DNA of 63,860 nucleotides. Origin: Heteronotia binoei (Eukaryota). Numbering within the stretch: the first letter of the stretch is position 1; each line of letters begins with the position of its first letter. The DNA is taken from contig NC_083237.1 in assembly GCF_032191835.1 (NCBI RefSeq), positions 62,141 through 126,000 of the forward strand. Reading direction: 5' to 3'. The notes beneath the pieces were generated by a model, which saw nothing but the letters and a program-made list of their open reading frames with translations, did not search any database and was not told the origin of the DNA. Positions 25,201 to 37,711 of this stretch are shown piece after piece. Position numbers and translations under genes: made by a program.

Positions 25201-27580
25201 TCTATGTGGCTCTTACATTAAGCAAGTTTGGCCATCCCTAGACTGGAGTCTGGTGTTGACTCTGAAGCAGAGAGCATCCCACCAGTCTAGTCTTAACGTT
25301 GTTGTTGTGTGAATCCAAGCGGGCAGATGGGCTGTGTCAAGATAGGGGGGCACCTTCCAGACTAGACTGAGTTGGAAGAAGGCGTTTGTGCAAGGACATC
25401 AGCTTGCTTCTCAAGGGTAATGGTGGATCCACTCCTCCACGTGCAGCCAGCTGGGTGACCTTGGGTCAGTCACAGTTCTCTCAGAGCTCTCTCAGCCGCA
25501 CCTACCTTACAGGGTGTCTCTTGTGGGGAGAGGAAGGGAAGGAGATTGGAAGCTGCTCTGAAACCACGAGTGAAGGGTGGTTAGAAACCCATGTCTTCTT
25601 CTGTAACCCAGCGTCTCTCAACAATGTGGGGGGGGGGGAATTGGGGGGCCGGACTGTGGGTGTCTCTCAGCCATTCTTGCCTCCTCCTCTCTGCAGGGCC
25701 TGGAGGTTCCTCTCATCGCGGTGGTCCAGTGGTCCACCCCCAAACTGCCGTTCACCCCCCGCATCCACACTCACTACAGGTGAGCTGCTTGGGCAGGACC
25801 CTCTAGACGAGAGGCTCTGTGGTCGCTTCTCAGGCCACAGGAGGGGCTGTGAATTCCTCATCTCCTTGGAGTCTTTGCAGAAAGTGTCCCAAAGTGATGC
25901 CCAGCAAACCAGCTTTGTGGCCAGGAGCCCGAGGCTTCCCAAAGGCAGCTGTGGGGCAGAAGTTCTCCGTCCCTTGATGGCACTTCTGGGATTTGAAGTA
26001 TGGGAAGGGGCTCTTCTCCCATCTCGACCCTCTTTCTCCTCCTGCTGCCTTCAGTCCTCTAGGCCCTGGGAGAGCCTTTCTCCTCATCCCCTTCTGAAGA
26101 GGAGATGCCCCCAGGAACGGGGCCTGGCTGCTTCCGCATGCCAGCCTCATGTGCTTTCCAGGGGCTTGGACTTCTCCCTGTCTCCCCACCCTCCAGGCTA
26201 CCCAGCATCCGCCTGGCCCGTCCGCGCTTTGTGATGACGGCGGAGTGCGAGTCGCCAGTGGTCCTGCACCACCGCTTCACCGTCACTTACACCCTCCTCA
26301 ACAACCTGCAGGACTTCCTGGCCGTGCGCCTGGTGTGGACGCCAGAAAGCGCAGCTGCCGGTCAGTGGCCGGAGGGGGGGAGGGCACCGGTCTGCTGGGA
26401 GGAGTGGGCAGGGGCTCCCGCCACACTGTGGCCCAGGCTGTTTGGGTGGGGCAAGCCGAGAACGTGCCCAAGAGGCCTCCTCTGTTTTGGGCCAGGAGAA
26501 CCTGGCTGCTGGCAAGGGGGGTGGGTGGCAGGGGCACTGCATTCTCCCTCTCTTGTTGGAGGCATTGGGTTGGCCCTTTGCCCCCTGCAGTGGCCTTGTC
26601 CTTTGCCCCTCAGGCAAGACCCTTTCCTGTGCAGAACGGCGGGCCGTCCATGACACCCAGGACTCAATCATCTGCCACACACCCCTCAACAACCTGGGCT
26701 ACTCTCGCAAGGGCAGTGCCCGCACCTTCTGCGTCACCTTCCAGGCTCTGCGGGCTGGCCTCTATGAGGTAGAGACACCCACCCCGGGCTCTGAGCTTGC
26801 GGGGGGGGGGGGGGACGGGACGGGGACTCTGTGCTTTGGGGCCCCAGGGGGGGAGGGAATTCAATGCAGACCTCAGAGTTCCAGGCACAGGTAGGGTCTG
26901 TGCTCATCCTCAGCTGCAGCGGGAAGACAGCCGGCAAATCTGCTTGGGGTTGGCTTGGATTCTGGTCCCTTAGCACCCTCCTTCCCCCCCCCCCACCCCT
27001 GGACAGCAGGACTGCTCCTGCCCCAAGAGTGTGTGTCGCCTCGAGAGCGGGGGGGGGGGGAGGCAGCAGGTCCTGTGAAAGTTCCCTGGAGCCCACTGCC
27101 CGCTCTTTCTTCCTCTCATCCCCCCTCCCCAGCTGTCCCAGCACATGAAGCTGAAGCTGCAGTTCACCGCCAGCATCTCCAACCCGCCCCCCGAGGCCCG
27201 GCCTGTCTCCCGCAAGAGCAGCCCCGGCAGTCCCGCCGTGGTCCGGGAGCTGGTGGAGCGGCACCAGGCCAGCCTGGGCCGCTCCCAGAGCTTCTCCCAC
27301 CAGCAGCCGGCCCGAGGGCACCTCATGAGGTGGGTAAGGGGGAGAAGCGAGGCGTTTCCCCTCTGGGGAGGGGGGGGTGACCGGGCTCCTTCCCCCCTCC
27401 TCCTGTTTCCTCCTCTCCCCAAGCAGGTCCGGCAGCGTCATGGAGCGCCGAGCCATCACTCCGCCTGTGGGCTCCCCTGTCGGCCGACCCCTTTACTTGC
27501 CCCCGGACAAGGCTGCGCTTTCCCTTGACAAAATCGCCAAACGGGAGTGCAAAGTGCTGGTGGTGGCACCTGTCACGTGA
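19236..27580 (+). CDS. TRAPPC14: TRAPPC14 (C7orf43/MAP11), 11 coding exons; exon 1 has indels
   Basis: Exons 19236-19620, 19709-19804, 19889-20018, 20128-20214, 20352-20472, 23874-24021, 25697-25779, 26197-26360, 26614-26768, 27133-27329, 27427-27580. Matches MESQCDY..., RYRALPRRNHLYLGETVRFLLVLRCR, EEPIVS.EEVIFPLTVSLDRLPP, ILPNFNASYLP, ...LSLDKIAKRECKVLVV. AATAAA near 28199. Confidence 0.95.
22443..22950. mobile_element. hAT-Charlie-like non-autonomous DNA transposon (MITE)
   Basis: Termini CAGGGGTGTC...GACATCCCTG; degenerate 8-bp flanks gcctaggg / gtctaagg resembling a target-site duplication. Confidence 0.55.
24125..24410 (-). mobile_element. Squam3-like SINE, near full length
   Basis: The reverse strand has a tRNA-like head (agtttggtgtagtggttaagtg...ggtttgattcccc) and a (CTT)n tail. 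Confidence 0.75.
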
Positions 27581-28960
27581 TGGGGGCAGGACCCCCCCCC
27601 CCCCCCCCCCGGCAGCTTGCCTTCCTGCTTCGGCTCAGTCACACACACCCCGAACAGATTCCTGGAGGAGGTGGAGGCTGCAGTCTTGCAAATACAGCCC
27701 TGTCAAGCACCCGCTCGTCCTCCTCCTCTGGACTTCGCCTGCTGTGCCATTTCCTGCCTGCCCTGGACCACCTCCTCCTCCTCCTCTCTGGGAGTGAAAG
27801 GAAGAAGGGCATCCTTTGCTCCCTCTCCCCTGGCTGTCCCCCCCTTCTCCGTGAGCATGTCCGTGAGGCCAAATCCCTTCCTAAGTAATGCAGAGGGGCA
27901 GCCCCTCCCCCCCTGCATGGCAGCTACTGCAAGGTGGTTTGGAGACTGGCCATTGTGCCCCCCAGCCCACCCTCTGAGGCTGGACTCCCACACAGAGAAC
28001 TGTGCCACTTTGTACTACTGGGAAAGGGACAGGTTTCTTATGTGGAGGGGGGAGCAGTTAAGGCCACTGGTTGCTCCCCCCCGTATCCCAGGGAGGGGCC
28101 AGGTGCCCGAGACACCCCCCCTCCGCCCAGGTGCACTTTATTTATTATTTATACGTATGTTTTTATTTGCCTCAGAAGCTGCTCCCAATGTGTGTGTGAA
28201 TAAACTTCAGTCTGTCAGCTGGACCTGTGTGTGTGTGGTGTGGGGGGGAAGTGGCAGCAGTGGGGCTCACACGCATTCCTTCCCCCCTTTCCTGAGTCCA
28301 GGGTGTCCTGCAGCGCAGTGGCTGACATCCTACGTGGTATTTCCCCATGGGGTGGGAGAGCATGGACCCACAGGGCCTTTCCTGACAGGCAAATCCAAGC
28401 ACAAAGTGTGACAGGCCATTCACTCCACCAGCTGCACATCCTGTGCCCCCTTTTTGCTCATCATGTGGGGAGGGAGGTTTGGGGTTGGCCCGACTTGTCT
28501 GCACAGGAACTGGCACTGTGAGGAGACCTCTATGGGCTTGGTTGCAGGTATGGGTCTAGGAGCAGACCTTGCGTCTCCCCTGCCAGGCCGGAATAGCAAG
28601 AGCCTTTCTCCTCTGATCGCTGACAAACAGGGGCACCTCTCCCAGCCAGCCAGCTGTGGTTTGGGGCAGAGGTGAGAGCTGGGGGGGGCACGTCCCCCAT
28701 TAAGGACCTGCAGCCTCTGCCGTGGTTTTGGGGGCTGGTGTGGCCTAAGCAACCCCAGCAGGCCAGGTCACACAAGGCGCCTCTTGTGGGAAAGTGTTTA
28801 TTTTGCTGCAAGACAGATACACAAAACCTTTGACATGCCATGCCCCATGCCCAACACAAAGATGGGCGCATGCTCTGGAAGGAGGGGAGGGAGGGCTTCC
28901 TTGCTGAGCCCGGGAGAGGGGGGGTCTGCTTCCATCCTGCCCCCCCCACCTGCGAAGAGC

Positions 28961-29559
28961 TCAGACCATGACGGGCTCCCGGACGTTGTTCTGGCGCTTG
29001 ACCACGAAGAGCTTCTGGCCGGAGACGGTCACCAGGAAGGTGTGTTCCCCAAACACCACTGCGGGGGGAGGGCGAGGTCAGAGGGGGCGGGGGGGGTGCA
29101 GCGCCCCTCCTCCCCCTCCCCCTCGCAGAAGGCGGGACTCACCGGAGATGCGGCGGAAGGGCACCTCCTCCGGGCAGCGGGGCAGGCGGAAGGCGCAGGC
29201 GGTGCTCACCAGCTCCGAGATGACGCCGGCCGTCCGCTCGTCGTTCTCCAGGTCGCCGGAGGACTGCGCGAGAGGAGGAGGGGGAGGGCTGTGGGGGGGT
29301 CCTGCTGAGCCCCTGCCGGGAGACCCCGAGGGGAGGGGAGGGTGACGTCACTGTGCCCCGGGGGGGGGAGGGGGCGGGGGACTCACGGCCAGCACGGCGC
29401 CGTCGCAGATCACCAGGTAGCCGCTCTGGTCGGGGACGCGCTCCAGGCCCTGCGTCAGCGCCGTCGTCTGCGGGGGAGGGGCCGAGAGGGTCAGCGGGGG
29501 GGGGAGACCCGCACAACACCCCCCCCACCCCCACCCGCTGGTCTCCCCCCCCTCACCAT
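28961..29559 (-). CDS. LAMTOR4: Ragulator complex subunit LAMTOR4 (100 aa)
   Basis: Exons 29557-29559 (ATG only), 29387-29467, 29143-29263, 28961-29058 give [37 protein letters not shown]...[38 protein letters not shown] near 28800 on the minus strand. Confidence 0.96.
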
Positions 29560-29584
29560 GGTGCTGCTGCTGCTGCCGCTCGCT

Positions 29585-30680
29585 AGGCTAGACCGCCCCC
29601 CGCCGCCACTTCCGCTTCCTGGCATAGACCGGCGCGGCCAGAGCGGAACCCCTCCTTCCGCCTCAGGGCCCTGCGGGGGAGGGGGCGGGGCTTCCTGGGA
29701 GCAGGTCGGAGGGGGCGGGGCTTCCTGGGAGCAGGCCTGGGTTGGAGGGGGCGGGGCTAGACCGCCCCCCGCCGCCACTTCCGCTTCCTGGCATAGACCG
29801 GCGAGGCCAGAGCGGAACCCCTCCTTCCGCCTCAGGGCCCGGCGGGGGAGGGGGCGGGGCTTCCTAAGAGCAGGCCTGGGTCGGAGGGGGCGGGGCTAGA
29901 CCGCCCCCCGCCGCCACTTCCGCTTCCTGGCATAGACCGGCGCGGCCAGAGCGGAACCCCTCCTTCCGCCTCAGGGCCCGGCGGGGGAGGGGGCGGGGCT
30001 TCCTGGGAGCAGGCCTGGGTCGGAGGGGGCGGGGCTAGACCGCCCCCCGCCGCCACTTCCGCTTCCTGGCATAGACCGGCGAGGCCAGAGCGGAACCCCT
30101 CCTTCCGCCTCAGGGCCCGGCGGCGGGGGAGGGGGCGGGGCTTCCTGGGAGCAGGCCTGGGTCGGAGGGGGCGGGGCTTCCTGGGAGCAGGCCTGGGTCG
30201 GAAAGGGCGGGGCTTCATGGGAGCAGGCCGGGGTCGGAGGGGGCGGGGCTTCCTGGGAGCAGGCCTGGGTTGGAGGGGGCGGGGCTAGACCGCCCCCCGC
30301 CACTTCCGCTTCCTGGCATAGACCGGCGAGGCCAGAGCGGAACCCCTTCTTCCGCCTCAGGGCCCGGCGGGGAGGGGGCGGGGCTTCCTGGGAGCAGGCC
30401 TGGGTCGGAGGGGGCGGGGCTTCCTGGGAGCAGGCCTGGGTCGGAAAGGGCGGGGCTTCATGGGAGCAGGCCGGGGTCGGAGGGGGCGGGGCTTCCTGGG
30501 AGCAGGCCTGGGTTGGAGGGGGCGGGGCTAGACCGCCCCCGCCACTTCCGCTTCCTGGCATAGACCGGCGAGGCCAGAGCGGAACCCCTTCTTCCGCCTC
30601 AGGGCCCGGCGGGGGAGGGGGCGGGGCTTCCTGGGAGCAGGCCGGGGTCGGAGGGGGCGGGGCTTCCAGAGAGCAGGCCA
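29585..30680 (-). promoter_or_regulatory. Tandemly amplified LAMTOR4 proximal promoter
   Basis: Six copies of a block containing CCAGGAAGCGGAAGTGG (tandem ETS/GABPA-type site on the minus strand) plus many GGGGCGGGGC GC boxes, starting directly upstream of the ATG exon. Confidence 0.8.
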
Positions 30681-30819
30681 GGCCCGCGGTCTGGAGGGGG
30701 AGGAGGAGCTGGGGCAGGGCCGCATGATTAACGTGTGGAATTCACTGCCACAGGAGGTGGTGGCGGCCACAAGCATAGCCACCTTCAAGAGGGGTTGCCT
30801 GATCCAACATGGCTTATCT

Positions 30820-33190
30820 TATGTAGGCCGCTGAGACTCTGTCCTAGAAAGGGCAGCTTCTGGAAGAGCTCTCTAAGCCCACCCGCCTCTGTCCTTGAAG
30901 GGGCAGCTTCTGGGAGAGCTCTCTCAGCCCCACCCGCCTCACAGGGTGTCTGTTGTGGGGGTGGAAGGGAAAGGAGATCGTAGGCCGCTCTGAGACTCTG
31001 TCCTTGAAAGAGCAGCTTCCAGTAGAGCCCTCTCAGCCCCACCCACCTCACAGGGTGTCTGTTGTGAGGAAGGAAGGGAAAGGAGATTGTAGGCTGCTCT
31101 GAGACTCTGTCCTTGAAAGGGCAGCTGCTGTGAGAGCCCTCTCAGCCCCACCCACCTCACAGGGTGTCTGTTGTGGGGGAGGAAGGGAAAGGAGATTGTA
31201 GGCCGCTCTGAGCCTCTGTCCTTGAAAGGGCAGCTTCTGGAAGAGCTCTCTCAGTCCCACCCACCTCACATGGTGTCTTTTGTGAGGGAGGAAGATAAAG
31301 GAGATTGTAGGCCGCTCTGAGACTCTGTCCTTGAAAGGGCAGTTTCTGGGAAAGCTCTCTCAGCCACGCCTGCGTCACAGGATGTCTGTTGTGGGGGAGG
31401 AAGGGAAAGGAGATTGTAGGCTGCGCTGTCCCTGTCCTTGAAAGGGTAGCTTCCGGGAGAGATCTCTCAGTCCCACCCACCTCACAGGGTGTCTCTTGTG
31501 GGGGAGGAAGGGAAAGGAGATTGTAGGCCCCTCTGAGACTCTGTCCTTGAAGGGGCAGCTTCTGGGAGAGCTCTCTTAGCCCCACCCACCTCACAGGGTG
31601 TCTTTTGGGGGGGAGGAAGGGAAAGGAGATTGTTGGCCGCTCTGAGACTGTCCTTGAAAGGGCAGCTTCCGGGAGAGCTCTCTCAGCCACACCTGCCTCA
31701 CAGGGTGTCTGTTGTGGAGGATGAAGGGAAAGGAGATTGTAGGCCTCTCTGAGATTCTGTCCTTGAAGGGGCAGCTTCTGGGAGAGCCCTCTCAGCCCCA
31801 CCCGCCTCACAGAGTGTCTGTGGGAGAGGAGACTGTAGGCTGTGGGAGAGGAGATTGTAGGCCGCTCTGAGACTCTGTCCTTGAAAGGGCAGCTTCTGCC
31901 AGAGCTCTCTCAGCCCCACCCGCCTCACAGGGTGTCTGTTGTGGGGGAGGAAGGGAAAGGAGATTGTAGGCCACTCTGAGACTCTGTCCTTGAAGAGGCA
32001 CCCTCTGGGAGAGCCCTCTCGGCCCCACCCGCCTCACAGGGTGTCTTTTTGGGGGGAGGAAGGGAAAGGAGATTGTTGGCCGCTCTGAGACTGTCCTTGA
32101 AAGGGCAGCTTCCGGGAGAGCTCTCTCAGCCACACCTGCCTCACAGGGTGTCTGTTGTGGAGGATGAAGGGAAAGGAGATTGTAGGCCTCTCTGAGATTC
32201 TGTCCTTGAAGGGGCAGCTTCTGGGAGAGCCCTCTCAGCCCCACCCGCCTCACAGAGTGTCTGTGGGAGAGGAGACTGTAGGCTGTGGGAGAGGAGATTG
32301 TAGGCCGCTCTGAGACTCTGTCCTTGAAAGGGCAGCTTCTGCCAGAGCTCTCTCAGCCCCACCCGCCTCACAGGGTGTCTGTTGTGGGGGAGGAAGGGAA
32401 AGGAGATTGTAGGCCACTCTGAGACTCTGTCCTTGAAGAGGCACCCTCTGGGAGAGCCCTCTCGGCCCCACCCGCCTCACAGGGTGTCTTTTTGGGGGGA
32501 GGAAGGGAAAGGAGATTGTTGGCCGCTCTGAGACTCTGTCCTTGATACGGGAGCTTCTGGGAGAGCTCTCTCAGCCCCACCCACCTCACAGGGTGTCTGT
32601 TGTGGGGGAGGAAGGGAAAGGAGATTGTAGGCCTCTCTGAGACTCTGTCCTTGAAAGGGCAGCTTCCGGGAGAGCTCTCTCAGCCACACCTGCCTCACAG
32701 GGTGTCTGTTGTGGAGGATGAAGGGAAAGGAGATTGTAGGCCGCTCTGAGACTCTGTCCTTGAAACGGGAGCTTCTGGGAGAGCTCTCTCAGCCCAAACC
32801 TGCCTCACAGTGTGTCTGTTGTGGGGGAGGAAGGGAAAGGAGATTGTAGGCCGCTCTGAGACTCTGTCCTTGAAAGGGCAGCTTCTGTCAGAGCTCTCTC
32901 AGCCCCACCCGCCTCACAGGGTGTCTGTTGTGGGGGAGGAAGGGAAAAGAGATTGTAGGCCACTCTGAGACTCTGTCCTTGAAGAGGCAGCCTCTGGGAG
33001 AGCCCTCTCAGCCCCACCCGCCTCACAGGGTGTCTGTGGGAGAGGAGATTGTAGGCTGCTCTGAGACTCTGTCCTTGAAAGGGCAGCTTCTCTCAGAGCT
33101 CTCTCAGCCCCACTCGCCTCACAGGGTGTCTGTTTTGGGGGGAGAAGGTATAGGAGATTGTGAGCCACTCTCTGATTCAGAGAGAAGGGC
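30820..33190 (+). repeat. ~109-bp satellite derived from the 3' part of the Squam3-like SINE
   Basis: About 21 units of ctctgagactctgtccttgaaagggcagcttctgggagagctctctcagccccacccgcctcacagggtgtctgttgtgggggaggaagggaaaggagattgtaggccg, homologous to 37830-37930. The array ends in the SINE tail. Confidence 0.9.
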
Positions 33191-33469
33191 AGGGTATAAA
33201 TCTACCGTCTCTTTTTCTTTCCTTTGGACAGGCCCATCTTGCCCGAGAAAGTCAACCTAGTCCAACCCCACTCGTGCTCTCCCTGCTTGAATATCTAGGG
33301 CCAGTGCTGAATCAGGGGAGGGGACACCCATGTCAGCTGATTGGCACTTCCCTCCCCCTCCACATCCTGCCTCCTGCCCCTGGTCTTCTGTGGAGGTCTA
33401 CCATCCAAAATACTCGCCAATGTCAGCCCTGCTGAGCTTCTGAGATCAGGTCTGCAGAGTCTCTTCTGA

Positions 33470-34490
33470 TTTAATTTCAACCCATTGGTTCTGGTCCTGC
33501 CTTCCGGGGCCACAGACAACAACTCCGCACAATCCTCTATAGGACCAGCCTCTATAGGACAGCCCTTCAAGTCCTTGAAGATGGTGATCCTATCACCTCT
33601 CAGCCGCCTCCTCTCCAGGCTAAACATCCCCAGCTCCTTCAGCCTTTCCTCATAGGACTGGGTCTCCAGACCCCTCACCATCTTTGTGACCCTCCTCTGG
33701 ACCCGTTCCAGCTTTTCTATATCCTTCTTAAATTGTGGTGCCCAAAACAGAAGGTGAGGTTTAACCAGAGCAAAGTACACATTTGACTTTTTAGCTACCA
33801 CATCACACTGCTGACTCATGTTTAGTGTACCGTCCACTAAAACCGCTAGATCCTTTTCTCAGAAATACTGCCAAGACAATTCTCCCCCATCCTATAATTA
33901 TGCATTTGATTTTCCTATCTAAATGGAGAACCATTAAAATTAATTTTATTAGTTATAGCCCAGTTTTCCAACCTGTCAAGACCATCCTGTATCCTGACTC
34001 TGTTTTCTACTGTATTTGCTCCCCCTCCCAATTTAGTATCATCTGCAAATTTAATGTGCATTCCCTCTATTCCTTCATCCAAATCATTGATGAAGATGTT
34101 GAACAAAACAGGCCCCAGGACAGATCCTTGTGGCACTCCACTGGTCACTCCTCTCCTAGAGGTTGAGGAACCATTCACAAGCACTCTTTGGGTGCGATCA
34201 GTTACCGACCCACCTAACAGTAATAGGATCCAAACTACATTCTACCAATTTGTCAACAAGAATATTATGTGGAACCTTCTCAAGATAAGCAGTGTCTATG
34301 GCATCCTCCAGCAAAGTAATAATTTTCTCAAAGAGTTCTGGTTAGTCTGACATGACTTGTTCTTGAGAAACCCCTGCTGCCTCTTAGGGATCATAGCCCT
34401 CCTTCCTGAATGCTCAAGGAATGACTGTTGGATGATTTGTTCTAAAATTTCCCCAGGCATAGGCATCAAGCTGAGGGGTTGGTAGTTACC
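33470..34490 (-). mobile_element. CR1 LINE fragments (RT region), deleted and rearranged
   Basis: Minus frames [33 protein letters not shown] and [16 protein letters not shown]. Confidence 0.9.
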
Positions 34491-35189
34491 TGGATCCTCT
34501 CCCCCCCCTTCCTGAAGATGGAGGCAACATTTGCAGGCCTCCAATCTTTTGGCACTTCCCCCGGGCCCTGCTACAGGAGGGCTTTCTGCTAAGGGCAAGA
34601 GTGATGGAGCTTCACCCAGGAAGCCACCCCACCTTTCACTTCTGCTCCACCTTTTCCCCATCCACCCACCCCCCTGCTTTCCCCAGAGAAAGGTGACCCA
34701 GCCCTCCAGAGCCAGACCCTGCTCTATGCCACACAGAGCCTGAGGGGGGGGTCTGCACCCCACAGCCCCTCTCTCTAGAAGGTGTTCCCCAGACACAGGA
34801 TGAGCCTTTGCCTGCAGAGCCTCCCCCTCCCTCCCTCCTCCGCTGCTGCCTGGGGGGGTGGAGTCCTCTCTCTCTCCTGCTGAGGCAGCCAAACTCCCTT
34901 CCGGGGACCTTTGCTTCTCTTTATCTCCTCGGGGCCATGCCCTGGCCCGGTTTCTTAGTCCTCGGAGCTGGAAAAAACAAGCGGGGGGGGGGGAGGATGT
35001 GGGGGAGTTTATTTGTGCCACGGCTGCCTGCTCAGATGGGGAGGTTCTGCCAGAGCGGTCGGTGGCCAATCCATGGGGCTGCTGCTCCCAGACTGGCGGG
35101 ACTCCTCGGCAAAGGGGGCGGAGGGGGTCTTCAGTGGAGACGCAGGGCAGAGGAGGAAGAAGGCCGGCAGGCGCTCACTCATCACCGCC

Positions 35190-37122
35190 TCAGTAACGGG
35201 TCTGCTGCTGCTGCTGCTGCGGGAAAGCAGAGGCGGCGTCAGTGGGAGGGAGCTCGTGCAGGCCTTTCCCCTCTTGGCCCCAGAGGGCTGCAGCTGGGCG
35301 CCCCCCCCCCCCGCCCGCCCGGGAGGGGACTCACCTGCGGGGGCTTCTTGTCTGGGTTGCAGGTGCCGCAGAGGCAGCCCAGGAAGCCGTTGAGCACCTG
35401 GAGGGCGCAGAGGAGCACCTCCACCCCGCTGGAGGCCAGGATGAGCGAGAAGAGGATCACGTTGAACTCCGTCACCCCCTCCGGCTCCCGGCACAGCTCC
35501 CACAGCTCCCGCTGGAAGAGGTAGCTGCTGCTGTTCCAGTTGCTGCCGGCGGGAGGGAGGGCGAGGCCGTGAGAACCAGCAGGGGAACGGCAGGGTCAGT
35601 TCCTGCCCGGCCCCCTCCTCCCCGGCGGCCCCACTGACCTGAAGAAGCCGGCCTCCTCTTCATCTTGGCGCCAGAAGGGGCGCTCCCACCCGGACAGAGT
35701 CCCGTTCTCCTGGATCCTGCAGAGAGGCCCACGCACCAGCCCCAGCGCCGAGACGCTCAGGGCATAGAGGGAGCCCGCCAGCCCCACGGCTGCAGCCAGC
35801 ACCGACAGGAACATCTGGAAGGAGGGAGGGAGCAGGCCACTCAGCGGCCAGAAGAACAGAAGGGAAGCCATGCTGGATCAGGCCAATGGCCCTCCAGCCC
35901 AACACTCTGTGTCACACAGTGGCCAAAAAGCCCAGATGCCACCAGGAGGTCTACCAGTGGGGCCAGGACACCAGAAGCCCTCCCACTGTTGCCCCCCCCC
36001 CCAGGCACCAAGAATACAGAGCATCACTGCCCCAGACAGAGTTCCAACAATACGCTGTGGCTAACAGCCATTGATTAACCTCTGCTCCATATAAGAACAG
36101 AAGAGAAGCCATGCTGGATCAGGCCAATGGCCCATCCAGTCCAACACTCTGTGTCACACAGTGGCCAATATATACACACACACACTTGTGGCTAATAGCC
36201 ACTGATGGACCTCTGCTCCATATTTTTATCCAATCCCCTCTTGAAGCTGTCTGTGCTTGTAGCCGCCACCACCTCCTGTGGCAGTGAATTCCACATGTTA
36301 ATCACCCTTTGGGTGAAGAAGGACTTCCTTTTATCCGTTCTAACCTGACTGCTCAGCAATTTCATTGAATGTTTACGAGTTCTTGTATTGTGAGAAAGAG
36401 AGAAAAGTTGGGTGATTTGTTTTAAAACCAGTTGGCAGAGAAGGAAGGGGGTGGGGTCAGATGAGTGGCTCAGAGGGGGCAATTCCCTTCCCCCCCACCC
36501 CGATGGGAATAGAGAGGGAGGCAGAGGGATCGAGGGTGTCAGAGCCCCCCCCCAACTCACCCCACAGCGGTTCGCACAGCAGCCATGGCGCCCAGTGGCC
36601 TGGATGTGTATGGCTGGCACCAGCACCTGGGGAGAGAGTGGCTGGATCAGTGCAAGGAGCAGGGGGGGGGGGTCCTGCCATACCTCCCTGCCCCCACGTT
36701 CTGCTCCCCTGCTTCCCCTCTCTCAGGACCCACAGCTCAAGGCACGTGGAGCAGCTCCCTTGGGAAGAGGGACTGGCAAACTGGCCTCCCCACCAAAATG
36801 ACCATGGGCAGCACCCCCCCCCCCCAGCTCCGTCCAGGCAGCGGCTGCTTCCTTGCAAAAGGCAAGCCAGAGTGGATTCCTTCCTGTCCCACCATCTCTG
36901 CAGCAAGAGGCTGAGACTCCCCCCCAGCCCCGTCCTTACCATGATCCCGCCTCCAACGACCCCCCCCAGGTAGAGGACTTCGGGAGTGAGGTGCTGGCCC
37001 CTGTTCTGCACATACTCCGTCGTCCAGTTGGGAAAGGCCAGCAGGAGGTTGGCCACAATGCACAGGAGGGCGAAGGGCCAGAGGGCAGCCCCCACCACTC
37101 TGGAACAGGCCCCTGTGCACAT
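35190..37122 (-). CDS. L6-family tetraspan protein (TM4SF; tm4sf21-like), ~219 aa, 5 exons
   Basis: Exons 36940-37122, 36561-36626, 35639-35814, 35335-35542 and 35190-35216. MCTGACSR..., GGVVGGGIMVLVPA, GCCANRCGMFLS, GPLC, LWELCREP...FNVILFS, LCALQVLNGFLGCLCGTC are L6 family signatures. AATAAA near 35010 on the minus strand. Confidence 0.88.
36215..36410 (-). mobile_element. CR1 3' fragment
   Basis: Minus frame RTDKRKSFFTQRVINMWNSLPQEVVAATSTDSFKRGLDK. Confidence 0.8.
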
Positions 37123-37711
37123 AGCTGGGCCGGGCAGAGAGAGCAGGCACCTCTGGGCTCACAGCGGCTTCTATGCGGCCTGCAGGTACCGCACCCGGGA
37201 GCCTGCTGCCTGGGGTGGGGTGGGGGGCTGGGATTTCCCTGTCCATCAGGCTCATAAATGCCACCTTTGCCCTGATAGCTGGAGCTGGCCAGAGGCCAGG
37301 GGCTGCTGCAGTTGTTGTTGTTCTGGGGCACGCACAGCGCAGGCCCTCCCCCTTGCCCTTGTCGACACCTGGCAGGCAGGTGTGGGGCGTGGAAGTGGGG
37401 GTCATGCCTCCCCTCCCTCCCACTCTGACTCAGCAAGGGGGGGCTCCCCAACGGACCTGCAGGCTGCTCCTGATGCAGGCAACAGGGACTCAGGTCCCCA
37501 GCATGCCTTGGCCTGGGTACAACAGCCCTCCCTCCCCACCCCCCAGTCCTGCCATCCAGGCTGAGAAGAGGCGCTGCACTGTACAGCCTCAGCAGCCCAA
37601 GCCCTCCCTCTGTCAGAAGCCAGCTTGAACATCCAGCAGGCGGGGGAAGGAATTCTCCCTGGGCACCCAGAGGCCACGGAGCAGTCTCTCCAGAGCCAGC
37701 TGCACACAACC

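Noticed and set aside
30820-33190. CRISPR-like regular repeat
   Set aside because: Eukaryotic context, no unique spacers and no cas genes; it is a SINE-derived satellite.
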